From Nitrososphaerales archaeon (GTDB lineage Archaea; Thermoproteota; Nitrososphaeria; Nitrososphaerales; CADDZS01), in NCBI GenBank assembly GCA_030038075.1, contig JASHPO010000091.1, positions 571 to 64,570 of the forward strand: a DNA stretch of 64,000 nt, in the 5' to 3' direction. A program made the translations under genes and the position numbers. The notes beneath the pieces are model-generated. The model saw nothing but the letters and a program-made list of their open reading frames with translations. It did not search any database and had not been told where the DNA came from. Positions 9,660 through 20,482 of this stretch are shown in pieces (the stretch's first letter is position 1; every line of letters begins with the position of its first letter).

Positions 9660-10775
9660 ATGTCTGAGACAATTATTGTTCCAAAGGGACTCTATGGCGT
9701 TGCAGTTTCTGAGACGGGCATCGCCAAGAGCACTTCAGACGGCACTCTCACCTACCGCGGGTACAGCGTAGAAGACCTTTTTGAAAATTCCAGTTTCGAG
9801 GAAACTGCTTTTCTGATTCTTTACGGGCGGTTGCCGTCGAAAAAAGAGCTCCTTTCATTTTCTTCGGCTCTAAAGACTAACGCCAGAGTCCCTGAACAGA
9901 TCTACGGGATCATGAAGAATTTGCGCAAAGATGCGCACCCAATGGACGTACTCCGCACTGCAGTATCAGCGCTAGGAGCAAACGAGCACAGGCTTTCCTC
10001 AGAGGAACAGAAGCAATCCCTGATCGCAAAAATGCCCGCTCTGGTCGCCAACTGTTATAGGATCACAAACGGAATGGACACAATCGATCCAGATCACGAC
10101 CTTGACACGGCGGCGAACCTTCTCTACATGATCAGCGGCGGGCGTCCGGAAAAATTCGACGCGTGGGCCTTCGAACGCGAGTTGATACTCTATATGGAGC
10201 ATGACTTGAACGCTTCGGCTTTCGCCGTTCGGGTGATCGCTTCGACACTCGCGGACGTTTACGCGGCGTGCACGGGTGGCATCGCGGCCCTAAAAGGACC
10301 CCTCCACGGGGGAGCCAATGAGGCAGCGATAGAAATGCTGCTAAAATTCAAAAGTCCTGATGAGGCTGCAATTAGAATCCAAGAAATGCTGGCGAGAGGC
10401 GAGAAAATAATGGGGTTCGGCCACAGAATATACAAGACCAGAGACCCGCGCGCGCAGCTCAGTAAGCAGATGCTGAAGAATCTGCTCAAAGAGAAGAAAA
10501 AGGAAGAGACGATGTATGAGTTGTGCGACGCCGTGGAGAAGAAGATGTGGGAACTGAAAAAACTCCCGGCGAACCTTGATTTCTACGCGGCTCCGACCTT
10601 CTATACACTGGGAATTCCGATCGAAGTTTACACTCCAATTTTCGCTGCGAGCAGAATAGTCGGTTGGGTCTCCCACTATAACGAGCAGCTCCAAGACAAC
10701 AAGCTCTTCAGACCGGACGCAATTTACACTGGGCCCAACAAACTGGATTACGTCTCGATGGACAAGCGCTCATGA
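9660..10775 (+). CDS. prpC: Short-type citrate synthase / 2-methylcitrate synthase
   Basis: LTYRGY, EHDLNAS, GPLHGGAN, MGFGHRIYKTRDPRA, NLDFY; adjacent to prpD. Confidence 0.75.
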   Translation: MSETIIVPKGLYGVAVSETGIAKSTSDGTLTYRGYSVEDLFENSSFEETAFLILYGRLPSKKELLSFSSALKTNARVPEQIYGIMKNLRKDAHPMDVLRTAVSALGANEHRLSSEEQKQSLIAKMPALVANCYRITNGMDTIDPDHDLDTAANLLYMISGGRPEKFDAWAFERELILYMEHDLNASAFAVRVIASTLADVYAACTGGIAALKGPLHGGANEAAIEMLLKFKSPDEAAIRIQEMLARGEKIMGFGHRIYKTRDPRAQLSKQMLKNLLKEKKKEETMYELCDAVEKKMWELKKLPANLDFYAAPTFYTLGIPIEVYTPIFAASRIVGWVSHYNEQLQDNKLFRPDAIYTGPNKLDYVSMDKRS

Positions 10776-12137
10776 TCTGACGACGCAAAGCCCAAACAGT
10801 GGGGAAATATCTCTCCGCTCGTCCAAATTCCAGACATACTCGAAGATCCGATTGATCTGATTCTCAGTCAGTGAACTCCTCGTAAGACCTCTGAATTTTT
10901 GTTCGATCTCATCTTTTGTCATGGGATTGCTTGGATGACCTTTAGGGACATCCACCTGCCTTGTAATCTCTTCTCCGTTGGAAAGCTCGACCGTAATCCT
11001 GTTGGCAATCTTTCTAGGATATTCCTTGGTGAGCTCGGCGTCTTCCTCGACACTAATTTTTTCTAGCAGTTTCAAGATTTCCGGACCAGCAATTCTTCTT
11101 TTAGAATAACTGGAATTATCTACCTTCCCCGCGATTAGAGCAGTTCCGACAATGTAGGGAAGGCTGTGGTCTGCCGTCTCTTTTGTCTTTGGCACCCATT
11201 TTTCCCTGTCCTTTCCCAGAATCGTGTATCCTGCCTCATGCGTCTCGATTTTTATTGACCTGATCTCTTGGAGATTGTTTACTTCCTTCCGTAACTCAAG
11301 AGCTGCCCATATCGCGCTTTGCGCGTGATATTCGGCCGGAAAGAACTTGATGTAGGTCTCGGGCAGCTTGAATGATCCCCCTTTCCCACCAAAGGTGCCA
11401 AAATCGAGATCGAACTCTCCCGAAACTTGCTTGAAAAATCCCATCTCACCTTCGAAGATTGGGGACGGACCCGAAATCCCCTGCTTCGCGAGGAGTGAAG
11501 AAAAAACGGCGTTGCGAGACGCGTTTGCAAACGAAAATCCTTTCCAGTCTGATAGCTCGCCAGCCCTAACTTGGCGCATCGCTATGTGGGAATTCAGCGA
11601 GATGTTCACGGCATTTTCCATTTCTTCCGCGGATAGTCCGAGTAGTCTCCCTGCTGCTAACGCGCTTGAAACAAGCCCGTAACAAACGTGATCCCATCCT
11701 CTTGACCTTAGGCTCGCCGAGTCGCAGAGTCTGCACTGAACTTCATAAGCCAGCGCGATAGCTAAGAGAAGATCCTTACCGGACTTGTGGTTCATTTCGG
11801 CGATGGCAAGACACGAGGAAATGTTGTCGCTCGGATGAGCAGGTTCTTTCGAGAGATACGTGTCATTGAAATCAAAGTACCGAATCATGGAGCCATTCAC
11901 GAATGTCGCCATGTCGGGACTGGATTTCTTCCTCGTTCCGAGGATTGTGGAAGATCTCCCCGCGTAATTCTGCTCTATCACACCCCTAGCAGACTTTACG
12001 GGTGTCTCTCTGAAGGCGCCAATTGCGCAACCCAGACTATCAAGGATTCTTTTCTTTCCTTCAAGAAGGACGTCCTCGCCCAAATCATTGAATCGCAAAG
12101 AGATTGCATAGTTGGCAAGCTGCCGCGCGATGGTCAT
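10770..12137 (-). CDS. prpD: MmgE/PrpD 2-methylcitrate dehydratase
   Basis: RYFDFNDTYLSKEPAHPSDN, GWDHV, ETADHSLPY, PKGHPSNPM. Confidence 0.88.
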   Translation of the reverse strand: MTIARQLANYAISLRFNDLGEDVLLEGKKRILDSLGCAIGAFRETPVKSARGVIEQNYAGRSSTILGTRKKSSPDMATFVNGSMIRYFDFNDTYLSKEPAHPSDNISSCLAIAEMNHKSGKDLLLAIALAYEVQCRLCDSASLRSRGWDHVCYGLVSSALAAGRLLGLSAEEMENAVNISLNSHIAMRQVRAGELSDWKGFSFANASRNAVFSSLLAKQGISGPSPIFEGEMGFFKQVSGEFDLDFGTFGGKGGSFKLPETYIKFFPAEYHAQSAIWAALELRKEVNNLQEIRSIKIETHEAGYTILGKDREKWVPKTKETADHSLPYIVGTALIAGKVDNSSYSKRRIAGPEILKLLEKISVEEDAELTKEYPRKIANRITVELSNGEEITRQVDVPKGHPSNPMTKDEIEQKFRGLTRSSLTENQINRIFEYVWNLDERRDISPLFGLCVVRS

Positions 12138-12253
12138 AATTTTTCGTCGATTCTCAATAACCTATAAACTATGAACCAAGCGTTTCCCCATGATATTCAC
12201 TATTTATTAATCAAGCCAAAACATCGAAAATCTGGAGTCCGTTGCAAAGGAAC

Positions 12254-12557
12254 ATGAAGGTAAGTAGAAGGTTCTTCTACTTCCTGATTATAGTCTCAGT
12301 AATCGTTGCGCTGTTTTACTCTATTCTAGGAGGACTAGTTGTACTCATCATCGCTATTGGCTATTACTACTACATTAGGAGGTCGTCAATCAGATCTAAC
12401 GAGATCCCGTAGGTGGAGAAGTTCAAAATCCCCCGTTCAGAAAGAAACGATCATTCAGAAGGAAGTTGTCAAGATCCCTTGCAAATATTGCGGCACGCTA
12501 CTAAATCCAGTGCAGGACAAGACCTGCCCAAACTGTGGCGCGCCCGTGAATTTCTAG
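12254..12557 (+). pseudogene. Frameshifted membrane-anchored zinc-ribbon protein
   Basis: ATG 12254 encodes two hydrophobic segments and stops at 12410-12412; the KETIIQKEVVKIPCKYCG...CPNCGA tail is in another frame. Confidence 0.55.
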
Positions 12558-12568
12558 ACTGAATTGAT

Positions 12569-13369
12569 TTAATCATTTTCAAATTTTTTGGCGACCCGCT
12601 CGGCAGCCTGCGTTGCCGCATCCACAGCATTCATGATGCTCGTCCTGATGGAACCTTTCTCGAGCTCGTATATGCCGGCGATAGTCGTCCCTGCCGGAGT
12701 CGTCACTGTGTCTCTCAACTCGGCGGGATGCATCTGTTTCTGGCTCAGGAGATCCGCCGTGCCAGTCAGGGTTTTTGTGACAAGTTTGAAAGCAATGTCT
12801 CTGGGCATTCCCACCTTCAGACCGGCGCTAACCATAGCTTCTATTAGAATCGCGATGTAGGCCGGACCGCTTCCGCTCAGCGCCGTAACGGCATCCATCA
12901 GATTTTCCGGCACCTGGATGCAATCGCCGAAGCAGCAGAGTATGAATTCCACGCGCTCCAGATCCTTTTTCGAAAGTTTTGGACTCGTTGCGTAGGCGGT
13001 AATAGCTTCGCCGATGGTTGCAGCAATATTTGGCATAGCGCGAACGACCTTTGCGCTCGGGATTGTCGATTCTATCCTTTTGATTGATACCGCTGCCATG
13101 AGGGAGATTACGATCTTTTTCGAAACAAATTCCGATATTTCCTCGAGGACGTGCTTCGCATCACCCGCCTTGACGGAGATTATTACAATGTCCGATTCCT
13201 TTGCCGCCTTCTGGTTGTCTTGGGTGATTACGATCCTGTCAGACTGAAGGCTTCGTATCGTGGAGATATTTCTCTTGGTGACCGTGACCTTCGTAATTTC
13301 GTGCGACTTTGCCAAGCCTCTTGTAACGGCTTCGCCGATTTTTCCTCCTCCGATTACTGCTACTTTCAC
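12569..13369 (-). CDS. proC: Pyrroline-5-carboxylate reductase
   Basis: IGGGKIG, RAMPN, TALSGSGPAY, TTPAGTT; GTG at 13369 chosen as start. Confidence 0.92.
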   Translation of the reverse strand: MKVAVIGGGKIGEAVTRGLAKSHEITKVTVTKRNISTIRSLQSDRIVITQDNQKAAKESDIVIISVKAGDAKHVLEEISEFVSKKIVISLMAAVSIKRIESTIPSAKVVRAMPNIAATIGEAITAYATSPKLSKKDLERVEFILCCFGDCIQVPENLMDAVTALSGSGPAYIAILIEAMVSAGLKVGMPRDIAFKLVTKTLTGTADLLSQKQMHPAELRDTVTTPAGTTIAGIYELEKGSIRTSIMNAVDAATQAAERVAKKFEND

Positions 13370-13568
13370 TTGAACATCCTTCTGGATTTTTGGAATTTTA
13401 AATCGGGTGCCTATATCTTTCTTTTCGGAACAGGAGAGGCAAATTGCGGACAATTCGCGAATCCCCAGAGTTTCTGTACAATGGTTTCAAGCTCGAGATA
13501 TATTCCGTACAGTTACATGACAATCAATAATAGCAAGATTGGCCATTGATCAAACAGGCGGAAGATGT

Positions 13569-13955
13569 TTGAAGAAAATTGAAGCGATAGTAAGAAGAGA
13601 GTCGTTCCCCGATATTGACAATGCCCTAAAGGTTGCGGGGATCGGTGGTCTGACCTTCTTCGATGCAGAAGGGAGGGGACGGGCCAAAGGAAGGGAAATG
13701 ATTGAAGGCCGCGGCGCTAGGACTTACCAATCGGAGTATGTAGAAAGAACGAAACTAGAAGTCATCGTGAAGGATTCCGAAGCAAAGAAAGTTGTTGACA
13801 TTATTCTTTCACACGCGAAAACTGGAAACGCAGGCGACGGCAAGATTTTCGTCTCCAGCGTGGAGGAAGGTTACGACATCACTTCGGGTCTGGTCGGCGA
13901 AGATTCGATAAAGGCGTCGGAGCAGCAATCGTACGCAGTGGCGAAGAGCCGCTGA
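13569..13955 (+). CDS. glnK: P-II nitrogen regulatory protein
   Basis: [30 protein letters not shown] at 13569. Confidence 0.88.
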   Translation: MKKIEAIVRRESFPDIDNALKVAGIGGLTFFDAEGRGRAKGREMIEGRGARTYQSEYVERTKLEVIVKDSEAKKVVDIILSHAKTGNAGDGKIFVSSVEEGYDITSGLVGEDSIKASEQQSYAVAKSR

Positions 13956-13968
13956 GCCTCCGAATTTT

Positions 13969-14430
13969 TTAAAACTTCGGAAGCTGTTCCTTAACGACGG
14001 AGAGCACGATGTGCGTCTCTGTCCTGTTTACGTTTGGAATCCCCTGGATCGCCTTTGCGAATTTACTCAATTCGCCGGTTGATCTGAATTTTCCTATAAC
14101 AATGGCGTCTGTGGTCCCTGCAACATCGTAGACGGCGTTCGCCTGAGGCATTTGAGAGAGTTTGTTCTCGACCTCCGGAAGTCTTCCGCCGATTGTTGTT
14201 ATTTCAGTTATCGCAGTCACTGTGAGCCCGAGCTTTTCGTAATCGAGAACTGCAGTATACCCCTTTAGTATACCCTCGCTCTCCAACTTTTTCGTGCGTG
14301 CCTGAACCGTTGAAACGGCGACGCCTATTTTTTTCGCTACTTGGTGATATGACTGCCTCGCGTCAGCCACATACTGCCCAATTATCTTTCTATCAATGTC
14401 ATCAATTTCAAGCACAGAAACCGAGCTCAT
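13969..14430 (-). CDS. Lrp/AsnC family transcriptional regulator
   Basis: DDIDRKII...DAR...HTH...LESEGILKGY; RAM domain with VYDVAGTTD. Confidence 0.9.
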   Translation of the reverse strand: MSSVSVLEIDDIDRKIIGQYVADARQSYHQVAKKIGVAVSTVQARTKKLESEGILKGYTAVLDYEKLGLTVTAITEITTIGGRLPEVENKLSQMPQANAVYDVAGTTDAIVIGKFRSTGELSKFAKAIQGIPNVNRTETHIVLSVVKEQLPKF

Positions 14431-14733
14431 AACGAAATCTATGACGCATGATAATGAATTTACCGGTTCGGCGCTTTAAGATGTGCGTCGTAATTCGAGG
14501 AGTTTTGAATTTCCCGAGTACCGTACAATTTTGATTGCTGGAGCAAATTGATTTTTTGCTCTGATGGTCCAGTCATAGAGTACTGTCAGGAATCATCTGA
14601 ATTCTGATTCGTGTTTAGGCCAGTTTTTTACAATCGTCGAGCAGAAGCAATAAATATGTATTCCTTGAAGGCAAGCAGCGATACGAATGTTCAGTTGCGC
14701 CCTGTTTATTCCTACATATGAACGGAGTAGCGT

Positions 14734-16215
14734 TTGGTGAAAGCCATGGAACAGATCTCGCAGATAGACAAGCCGACTATCTTCAGCTCGTTTGGATTTA
14801 GCAAAAAAACCTACATTCTCGTCATGTGTTCAGTTGTGGTTTTCCTCATTCTTGCTTTGATGCCCTTGGTTCATGCCCAAAATTCGACTTCTTACACTCC
14901 TCCGGCTAACCTGAACAGTTTTCCCACACCAGCTGTGCCTCAGTGGCTGGACACCGGTAGCAATTCTTGGATGCTGACCGCCGGTACCTTAGTCGGCCTG
15001 CAAAGTATACCGGGATTGTGCGTGTTTTACGGCGGTTTGGCTAAGAAAAAGTATGCTGTAAACACAATGCTCTTGGTATTCTACGGATTTGCTGCCGTGC
15101 TGGTAGAATTCATGCTTCTCGGGTACAAATTTGGCTTTGGGGGTGGAGCTGCGATGCTCCAGGTCGGAAAGTATTCGATATTCGCTTGGCCGGGCTCTGC
15201 AATGTCCGGGCTTTACGAGAGCTCTGAAGCAATAGTTGGTCCAGCTTCAGCTGCCCTAAACGTTCCGACCGCGACTATCATATGGTTCCAGTTTGTTTTC
15301 GCGGCGATCACGCCAGCTTTGTTCGTCGGTGCAGTCATCGAGAGAGTCAATTTCAAGGCGTGGATGATTTTCGTGCCTGTGTGGTCATTCCTCGTTTACA
15401 GCCCGCTGGCTTACTGGCTCTTTGCGGGAGGATGGCTAGCGCAAATGGGAGCTGTTGACTTTTCCGGTGGCTACGTCATCCACTTGTCTGCAGGTATTAC
15501 GGCACTGGCGGCAGCGATAGCTGTAGGTCCGCGTATAGCATCTGAAAGGAGACTCAAACCCAACAACCTCGGTCTCGTTGTGATCGGCGCCGGGCTCATC
15601 TGGCTCGGTTGGAACGGATTCAACGGAGGCGACCCATACGGTTCAACCATCGATGCCTCGGTTGCAGTCCTTAACACCGAGCTTGCCGCAGCCGCGAGCG
15701 TTGTTGCTTGGATTTTGATGGACATGAGCTTCATTAAAAAGCCCACACTTGTTGGCGCGACGACTGCTTGTGTCACCGGTCTGGTCGCGATTACACCGGC
15801 CGCGGGATACGTGAACGGCTACGGTGCCTTGCTAATCGGGGTCGCTGCAGGAACGATACCCTGGATATCCCTGAACAAGCTGTCGCCAAAACTCCCGGTT
15901 GACGACTCTCTCGGCGTATTTCCTGCTCACGGAATTGCTGGACTGGTAGGCGGTTTGATGACTGGCTTGCTCGCTGATCCCAATGTCACTAAATTCGTTG
16001 ACCCTGGACTAACTGGCGCTTTCTACGGCAATCCGATGCAGTTTGTCATACAGCTGGAGGCGGCGATCATCGTGATAGCTTACGTCTTCGCAGTGTCGTT
16101 TGTGCTGCTGAAGATTATCGGCGTGTTTATTCCACTGCAGGAGCCCCAAGAAAAACTCAAGGTAGGAGACGAAGCGATACACGGCGAAGTCGCTTACGAC
16201 TTTGCGGAGGTCTAA
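14734..16215 (+). CDS. amtB: Ammonium transporter
   Basis: [46 protein letters not shown]. Confidence 0.95.
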   Translation: MVKAMEQISQIDKPTIFSSFGFSKKTYILVMCSVVVFLILALMPLVHAQNSTSYTPPANLNSFPTPAVPQWLDTGSNSWMLTAGTLVGLQSIPGLCVFYGGLAKKKYAVNTMLLVFYGFAAVLVEFMLLGYKFGFGGGAAMLQVGKYSIFAWPGSAMSGLYESSEAIVGPASAALNVPTATIIWFQFVFAAITPALFVGAVIERVNFKAWMIFVPVWSFLVYSPLAYWLFAGGWLAQMGAVDFSGGYVIHLSAGITALAAAIAVGPRIASERRLKPNNLGLVVIGAGLIWLGWNGFNGGDPYGSTIDASVAVLNTELAAAASVVAWILMDMSFIKKPTLVGATTACVTGLVAITPAAGYVNGYGALLIGVAAGTIPWISLNKLSPKLPVDDSLGVFPAHGIAGLVGGLMTGLLADPNVTKFVDPGLTGAFYGNPMQFVIQLEAAIIVIAYVFAVSFVLLKIIGVFIPLQEPQEKLKVGDEAIHGEVAYDFAEV

Positions 16216-16585
16216 CCGACTAGTGCAAACCTCTGTTTCACTCAAAATCGTCGAGGCAATCGTCCGAAAGGAAAAGTTCACAGACGTCGACACGGCTCTG
16301 AAGGAGATTGCAATAAGCGGGCTAACCTTCTTCGATGTTGAAGGTAGAGGTCGCGCCAAAGGAATGGAGATGGTCTCCGGAAGAGGAGCTGCTACGTATC
16401 ACCCCGAATTCATCGAACGCGTCAAACTGGAAGTTCTCGTCAAAGAAACAGACGCTCAGAAGGTCGTGAATGCGATAGCGAAAGCCGCAAAGACTGGCGA
16501 AGTCGGAGACGGAAAAATTCTCGTCCTGCCTGTAGAGAACGTCTGGGACATTACCAGTGGTGCCTCGGGCGCAGCCGCCGTCTAA
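16202..16585 (+). CDS. glnK: P-II nitrogen regulatory protein (second copy)
   Basis: [25 protein letters not shown]; follows amt. True start probably slightly downstream. Confidence 0.88.
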   Translation: MRRSNRLVQTSVSLKIVEAIVRKEKFTDVDTALKEIAISGLTFFDVEGRGRAKGMEMVSGRGAATYHPEFIERVKLEVLVKETDAQKVVNAIAKAAKTGEVGDGKILVLPVENVWDITSGASGAAAV

Positions 16586-17373
16586 TCAACGACCGGGTAG
16601 TACCGGTCGTTCCAGCGTTTTATCGTGACGTTCACTTCGTAGCATTTGCTGAGATTTTCTTCTGTTATGACTTTACTCATTGCTCCGGAAGCGAAGACTC
16701 TTCCTTTCATCAGCAAAAGCGCGTGCTCGAAAATGCCAGGAATTTCGTCGATCCGGTGAGTAACATAGATCATTGAAAGCGAGTGGTTCTTTTTTGCGAT
16801 GGTTTCTAGCCCCTTCAGGAACAACTCTCTCCCGCCCAGATCGAGCGAAGCACATGGTTCGTCAAACGTCAGTAACACAGGGTCAGGCATCATGGACCTC
16901 GCAATGAGAATCTTCTGCCTCTCGCCCTGAGAAAGTTCTGAGAGTCTTCTGTCTTCAAATTTGCCACAGCCCAGCTGCCTCATTAGTCGCCTCGCCCGCT
17001 GAACCACTTCGTACGGGGGAACCTCCCAGAGTCTTGTAGCCCCATACTTCCCGCTGACCACGATGTCCAGCACAGAATCCTCGCTTTCCAGTAGAGTATC
17101 GAGAAACGAGCTCACAAATCCTGTCCTCTTCCTCACTCTGTCAAGCTCAACTTCATCATCCTCTCTGTCGAATGACGCCCGACCACTGGAAGGACGAAGA
17201 TACCCGTTGACTATCCGTAGAAGAGTTGTCTTTCCGGAACCGTTGGGGCCGACAATCGCCCATCTCTCGCCGGTCCTTACGGAGAAATTTACATCTGATA
17301 GGATCTTTTTGTCTTTAATTCGCACGCCCACGCGCGAGAGGTCCACTATAAGTTCAGAAGATTTCTTTGACAT
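16582..17373 (-). CDS. ABC ATP-binding protein (ModF/YlmA-like)
   Basis: GPNGSGKT, LSQGERQ, DEPCASLD, VTH; no adjacent permease. Confidence 0.8.
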   Translation of the reverse strand: MSKKSSELIVDLSRVGVRIKDKKILSDVNFSVRTGERWAIVGPNGSGKTTLLRIVNGYLRPSSGRASFDREDDEVELDRVRKRTGFVSSFLDTLLESEDSVLDIVVSGKYGATRLWEVPPYEVVQRARRLMRQLGCGKFEDRRLSELSQGERQKILIARSMMPDPVLLTFDEPCASLDLGGRELFLKGLETIAKKNHSLSMIYVTHRIDEIPGIFEHALLLMKGRVFASGAMSKVITEENLSKCYEVNVTIKRWNDRYYPVVD

Positions 17374-17382
17374 TTTTTCAGA

Positions 17383-18363
17383 TTATTTAGGCGCTCGGGA
17401 GGAAAATGCCTCATTTAGCAATTCTTGAAGAAGCGTGTAAGCTATATTTCCTCCACTGATAATGGCTGCGATTCTTTCTCCAGCTTTGAATTTGTATGCT
17501 CCGGAAAGTAGAGCGGCGATCGGGGCAGCGCCCGAGGGTTCCGCCAGGATGTGAGCGTCCAGTAAAAGGGATTTCACGGCTTCTCTCATCTGGTCGTCGG
17601 TAACAAGAACGACATCGTCAACGTCGCGCTCTGCTATCTCGAAATTCATTTTTCCGATGGTCTGTCCTACGAGTCCATCAGCGATGGTCTGAGGGTGTTC
17701 GATCGTCACGAGTTTCTTTTTCTTCATCGATTCGTAGAGCGAGGGAACGCCGGTTGCTTCGACGCCGATTACTTTGCACTTGGGCGAAATTGCTTTGAAC
17801 GCGGTAGACACTCCGGAAATCAGTCCGCCGCCTCCAACCGGAACTATGACTGCGTCCAGAGCTGAAACATCCTCCAAGATTTCAAGTCCGCAAGTCCCCT
17901 GTCCAGCGATCACGGAGGGATCGTCAAACGGATGAATGAAGAATAGTCCTCTCTCATTAGCCAATTCGCGCGCTTTGCCTATGATTGAATCGGTGGTGGG
18001 GCCGTCTTCGACGATTTTAGCTCCAAACAGCTCTATCATTTTCAGCTTGTCAGGATTGGCTCCATTGTTCACAACGACCGTGCAATCTACTCCGAGCGTT
18101 TTTGCCGCGTAAGCTACAGAGAAACCGTGGTTACCCGATGATGCAGTTACTACTCCCGAGTCTCTGATTTTTTCCAGATTCTCGAGCTCAATATTGTACG
18201 CGCCCCTTATCTTGAATACTCCGGTAGGCTGATAGCATTCCAGCTTCAGGAAAATTTCTGCGCCGGTTTTCTTGCTTAGAAAGAGACTCGGATAGCAGGG
18301 AGTTCTGAAAATGTGGTCTTTGATTCTCTCGTGCGCTTTCTCGATGTCAGTCAGTGCGATCAT
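17383..18363 (-). CDS. PLP-dependent threonine/serine dehydratase family protein
   Basis: KLECYQPTGVFKIRGA, SSGNHG, PVGGGGLISG, SGGN; no ACT domain. Confidence 0.9.
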   Translation of the reverse strand: MIALTDIEKAHERIKDHIFRTPCYPSLFLSKKTGAEIFLKLECYQPTGVFKIRGAYNIELENLEKIRDSGVVTASSGNHGFSVAYAAKTLGVDCTVVVNNGANPDKLKMIELFGAKIVEDGPTTDSIIGKARELANERGLFFIHPFDDPSVIAGQGTCGLEILEDVSALDAVIVPVGGGGLISGVSTAFKAISPKCKVIGVEATGVPSLYESMKKKKLVTIEHPQTIADGLVGQTIGKMNFEIAERDVDDVVLVTDDQMREAVKSLLLDAHILAEPSGAAPIAALLSGAYKFKAGERIAAIISGGNIAYTLLQELLNEAFSSRAPK

Positions 18364-18460
18364 TACGTTGCCCTCCGAGATTAGATACTAGGAATTTACA
18401 AATAAGCGGAAATTTGGCGGTAAAGAGTGTTTTCCCCAAGTTATGTACAGCTGATTGTGG

Positions 18461-19402
18461 CTAGAGTACTTCCAGCTCGCCAATGATTTCTGCGGACAAA
18501 TTAACGTCCGCTCCTTTTGCAGGTTCTTCCAGTTGCTCGGGTCTGGAAGCGCCCACGACAGCCGTAGTGACCCTCTTTTCTCTTAGAATCCAGGCAATCG
18601 CAATAGCTGGAAGGCTCAATCCTGTTTTCTTAGCCACTTCTTTGATCTTGTCCAGTTTTTCAAAATTCTCTCTGCTGCTCACTTTGTCCCACCAGCCGCC
18701 CTGCCTGTAGAACGCTCGCGAACCCTGAGGCGGCGGTTTGCCTTTTTCATATCTGCCTGCCAGCAATCCTCCAAAGAGCGGGCTGTACGCGAGTACTCCA
18801 ACATTGTTTTCAACGCAATACGGGATTACGGAGGTTTCTATGTCACGCTCGAACAAATTGTACTGATTTTGAACCGCAATATAGTTCTCCAATCCCAGCT
18901 TCTCCACGATCTCGCGGGATTCCTCTATCTGTTCTGCCGAATGGTTTGAGCACGCAATGTATCTGACCTTGCCGGCTTTTACGAGCGAGTCCATGGTCTT
19001 CATAGTCTCTTCAAGAGGCACGTCTGTGTCGTACGCGTGGATGTAATACAGATCGATGTAGTCGGTCTGCAGCTTGATTAGGCTCTGGTTGAGCCGGTAG
19101 ATTATGTTCTTCCTTGACACACCTATTTTATTGGCGTCCAAGTCACCGAGGAAAGCTTCTCTGCCCACCTTCGTGGATAAAATGACATCCTCTCTGCGAT
19201 CCTTGATGAATTGTCCAATTATTTTTTCCGAGTTGCCCCTGGCATAGCCGTCCGCGGTGTCGATCATGTTTATTCCCATATCTAGAGCTTGGCTCATGAT
19301 TTTATTGCAAGTCTGCTGATCAGCTCCAGTGCCAAAATTGTTTGTCCCAAGGCAAATTCTCGGGACGACAAGACCGCTCCGGCCCAACCTCATGGTCTGC
19401 AT
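18461..19402 (-). CDS. Aldo/keto reductase
   Basis: DTADGY, STKVG, LQTDYIDLYYIH, GKVRYIACSN, YSPL. Confidence 0.92.
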   Translation of the reverse strand: MQTMRLGRSGLVVPRICLGTNNFGTGADQQTCNKIMSQALDMGINMIDTADGYARGNSEKIIGQFIKDRREDVILSTKVGREAFLGDLDANKIGVSRKNIIYRLNQSLIKLQTDYIDLYYIHAYDTDVPLEETMKTMDSLVKAGKVRYIACSNHSAEQIEESREIVEKLGLENYIAVQNQYNLFERDIETSVIPYCVENNVGVLAYSPLFGGLLAGRYEKGKPPPQGSRAFYRQGGWWDKVSSRENFEKLDKIKEVAKKTGLSLPAIAIAWILREKRVTTAVVGASRPEQLEEPAKGADVNLSAEIIGELEVL

Positions 19403-19504
19403 TTTCGAGCTTTCGGTTGATCAGCGAGTTTATCTAGATTTCTCGTGAGGGAAATAGATTATTTACGGGCAGAACAAGATACTTTCTCTTGAGGAGGGTT
19501 TGAA

Positions 19505-20482
19505 TTGGAGGGCCAGCCCATTAGTTCAGAAAAGTCGATTTCCTGCAACCAGCTGACAAAAATTTACAGCGGGAAAAAGAAAAACAAGGCTCTCGATTCT
19601 TTAACTTTTTCCGTTCCTGCGACTGGCATATTCGTACTTATCGGACGAAACGGCTCTGGAAAAACGACCCTAGTGCGAATTCTCTCGACGGAGCTTGCCC
19701 CAACATTTGGAAGAGCAACGATAGACGGCATGGACGTGATGAGAGACGCCGTAAATTTGAGAGACCGGATAGCGATTGTCCCACAGGAAGCGAGAGCCGT
19801 GCCTTGGATGACACCCGAACAGACGATCTTGTCGTATCTACTCTGGCGAGGCTTCGATTATCGAGAAGCAAAACAGAGGGCTCTGGACACGCTCGAAAAG
19901 GTCGGGCTGGGCAAGCAGGCCGATTCACTGAACCGCATGCTGTCTGGGGGAATGAAAAGAAAGGTCTTGGTTGCGACAGTACTTGCCTCCGAAGCGGAAA
20001 TCATCTTTCTTGACGAGCCTACGACCGGTCTTGACCCGATTTCTAGGAGAGAATTCTGGGAGCTCTTGAAGGAGATTGGTAAGGAACGCTTCACATTCCT
20101 CACTACGCACTACCTTGAAGAGGCTGAGGAGCTAGCTGACCGAATTGGAATTCTCGACCGAGGAAAGATGATCGGAGTTGGGACTCTCGACGAACTGAGA
20201 CGCAGCGTCAGTTACAACTACAGCATGAAGATTCCATCCGCCTCTGCGACAAGCATCCCTCAGGTTCGCAGCGGCGAGATAATCAAGAGCAAAGACAGCT
20301 ACAGGATTCTCACTTCCGAGGAGGAGGCGTTCAACATTTCGAGGGAACTGTCAAGGCAAGGAACGAAATTTACCATCACCCCAATATCGCTCGATGATAT
20401 TTTCTTCTATCTTGTAAACCGCGAAGGAGGAATCAAAACAATTGGAAACGAGAGAGAGCTCGAGGCCACGCCGGAAGAATAG
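19505..20482 (+). CDS. ABC-2 exporter ATP-binding protein
   Basis: GRNGSGKT, LSGGMKR, LDEPTTGLD, TTHYLEEA. Confidence 0.9.
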   Translation: MEGQPISSEKSISCNQLTKIYSGKKKNKALDSLTFSVPATGIFVLIGRNGSGKTTLVRILSTELAPTFGRATIDGMDVMRDAVNLRDRIAIVPQEARAVPWMTPEQTILSYLLWRGFDYREAKQRALDTLEKVGLGKQADSLNRMLSGGMKRKVLVATVLASEAEIIFLDEPTTGLDPISRREFWELLKEIGKERFTFLTTHYLEEAEELADRIGILDRGKMIGVGTLDELRRSVSYNYSMKIPSASATSIPQVRSGEIIKSKDSYRILTSEEEAFNISRELSRQGTKFTITPISLDDIFFYLVNREGGIKTIGNERELEATPEE

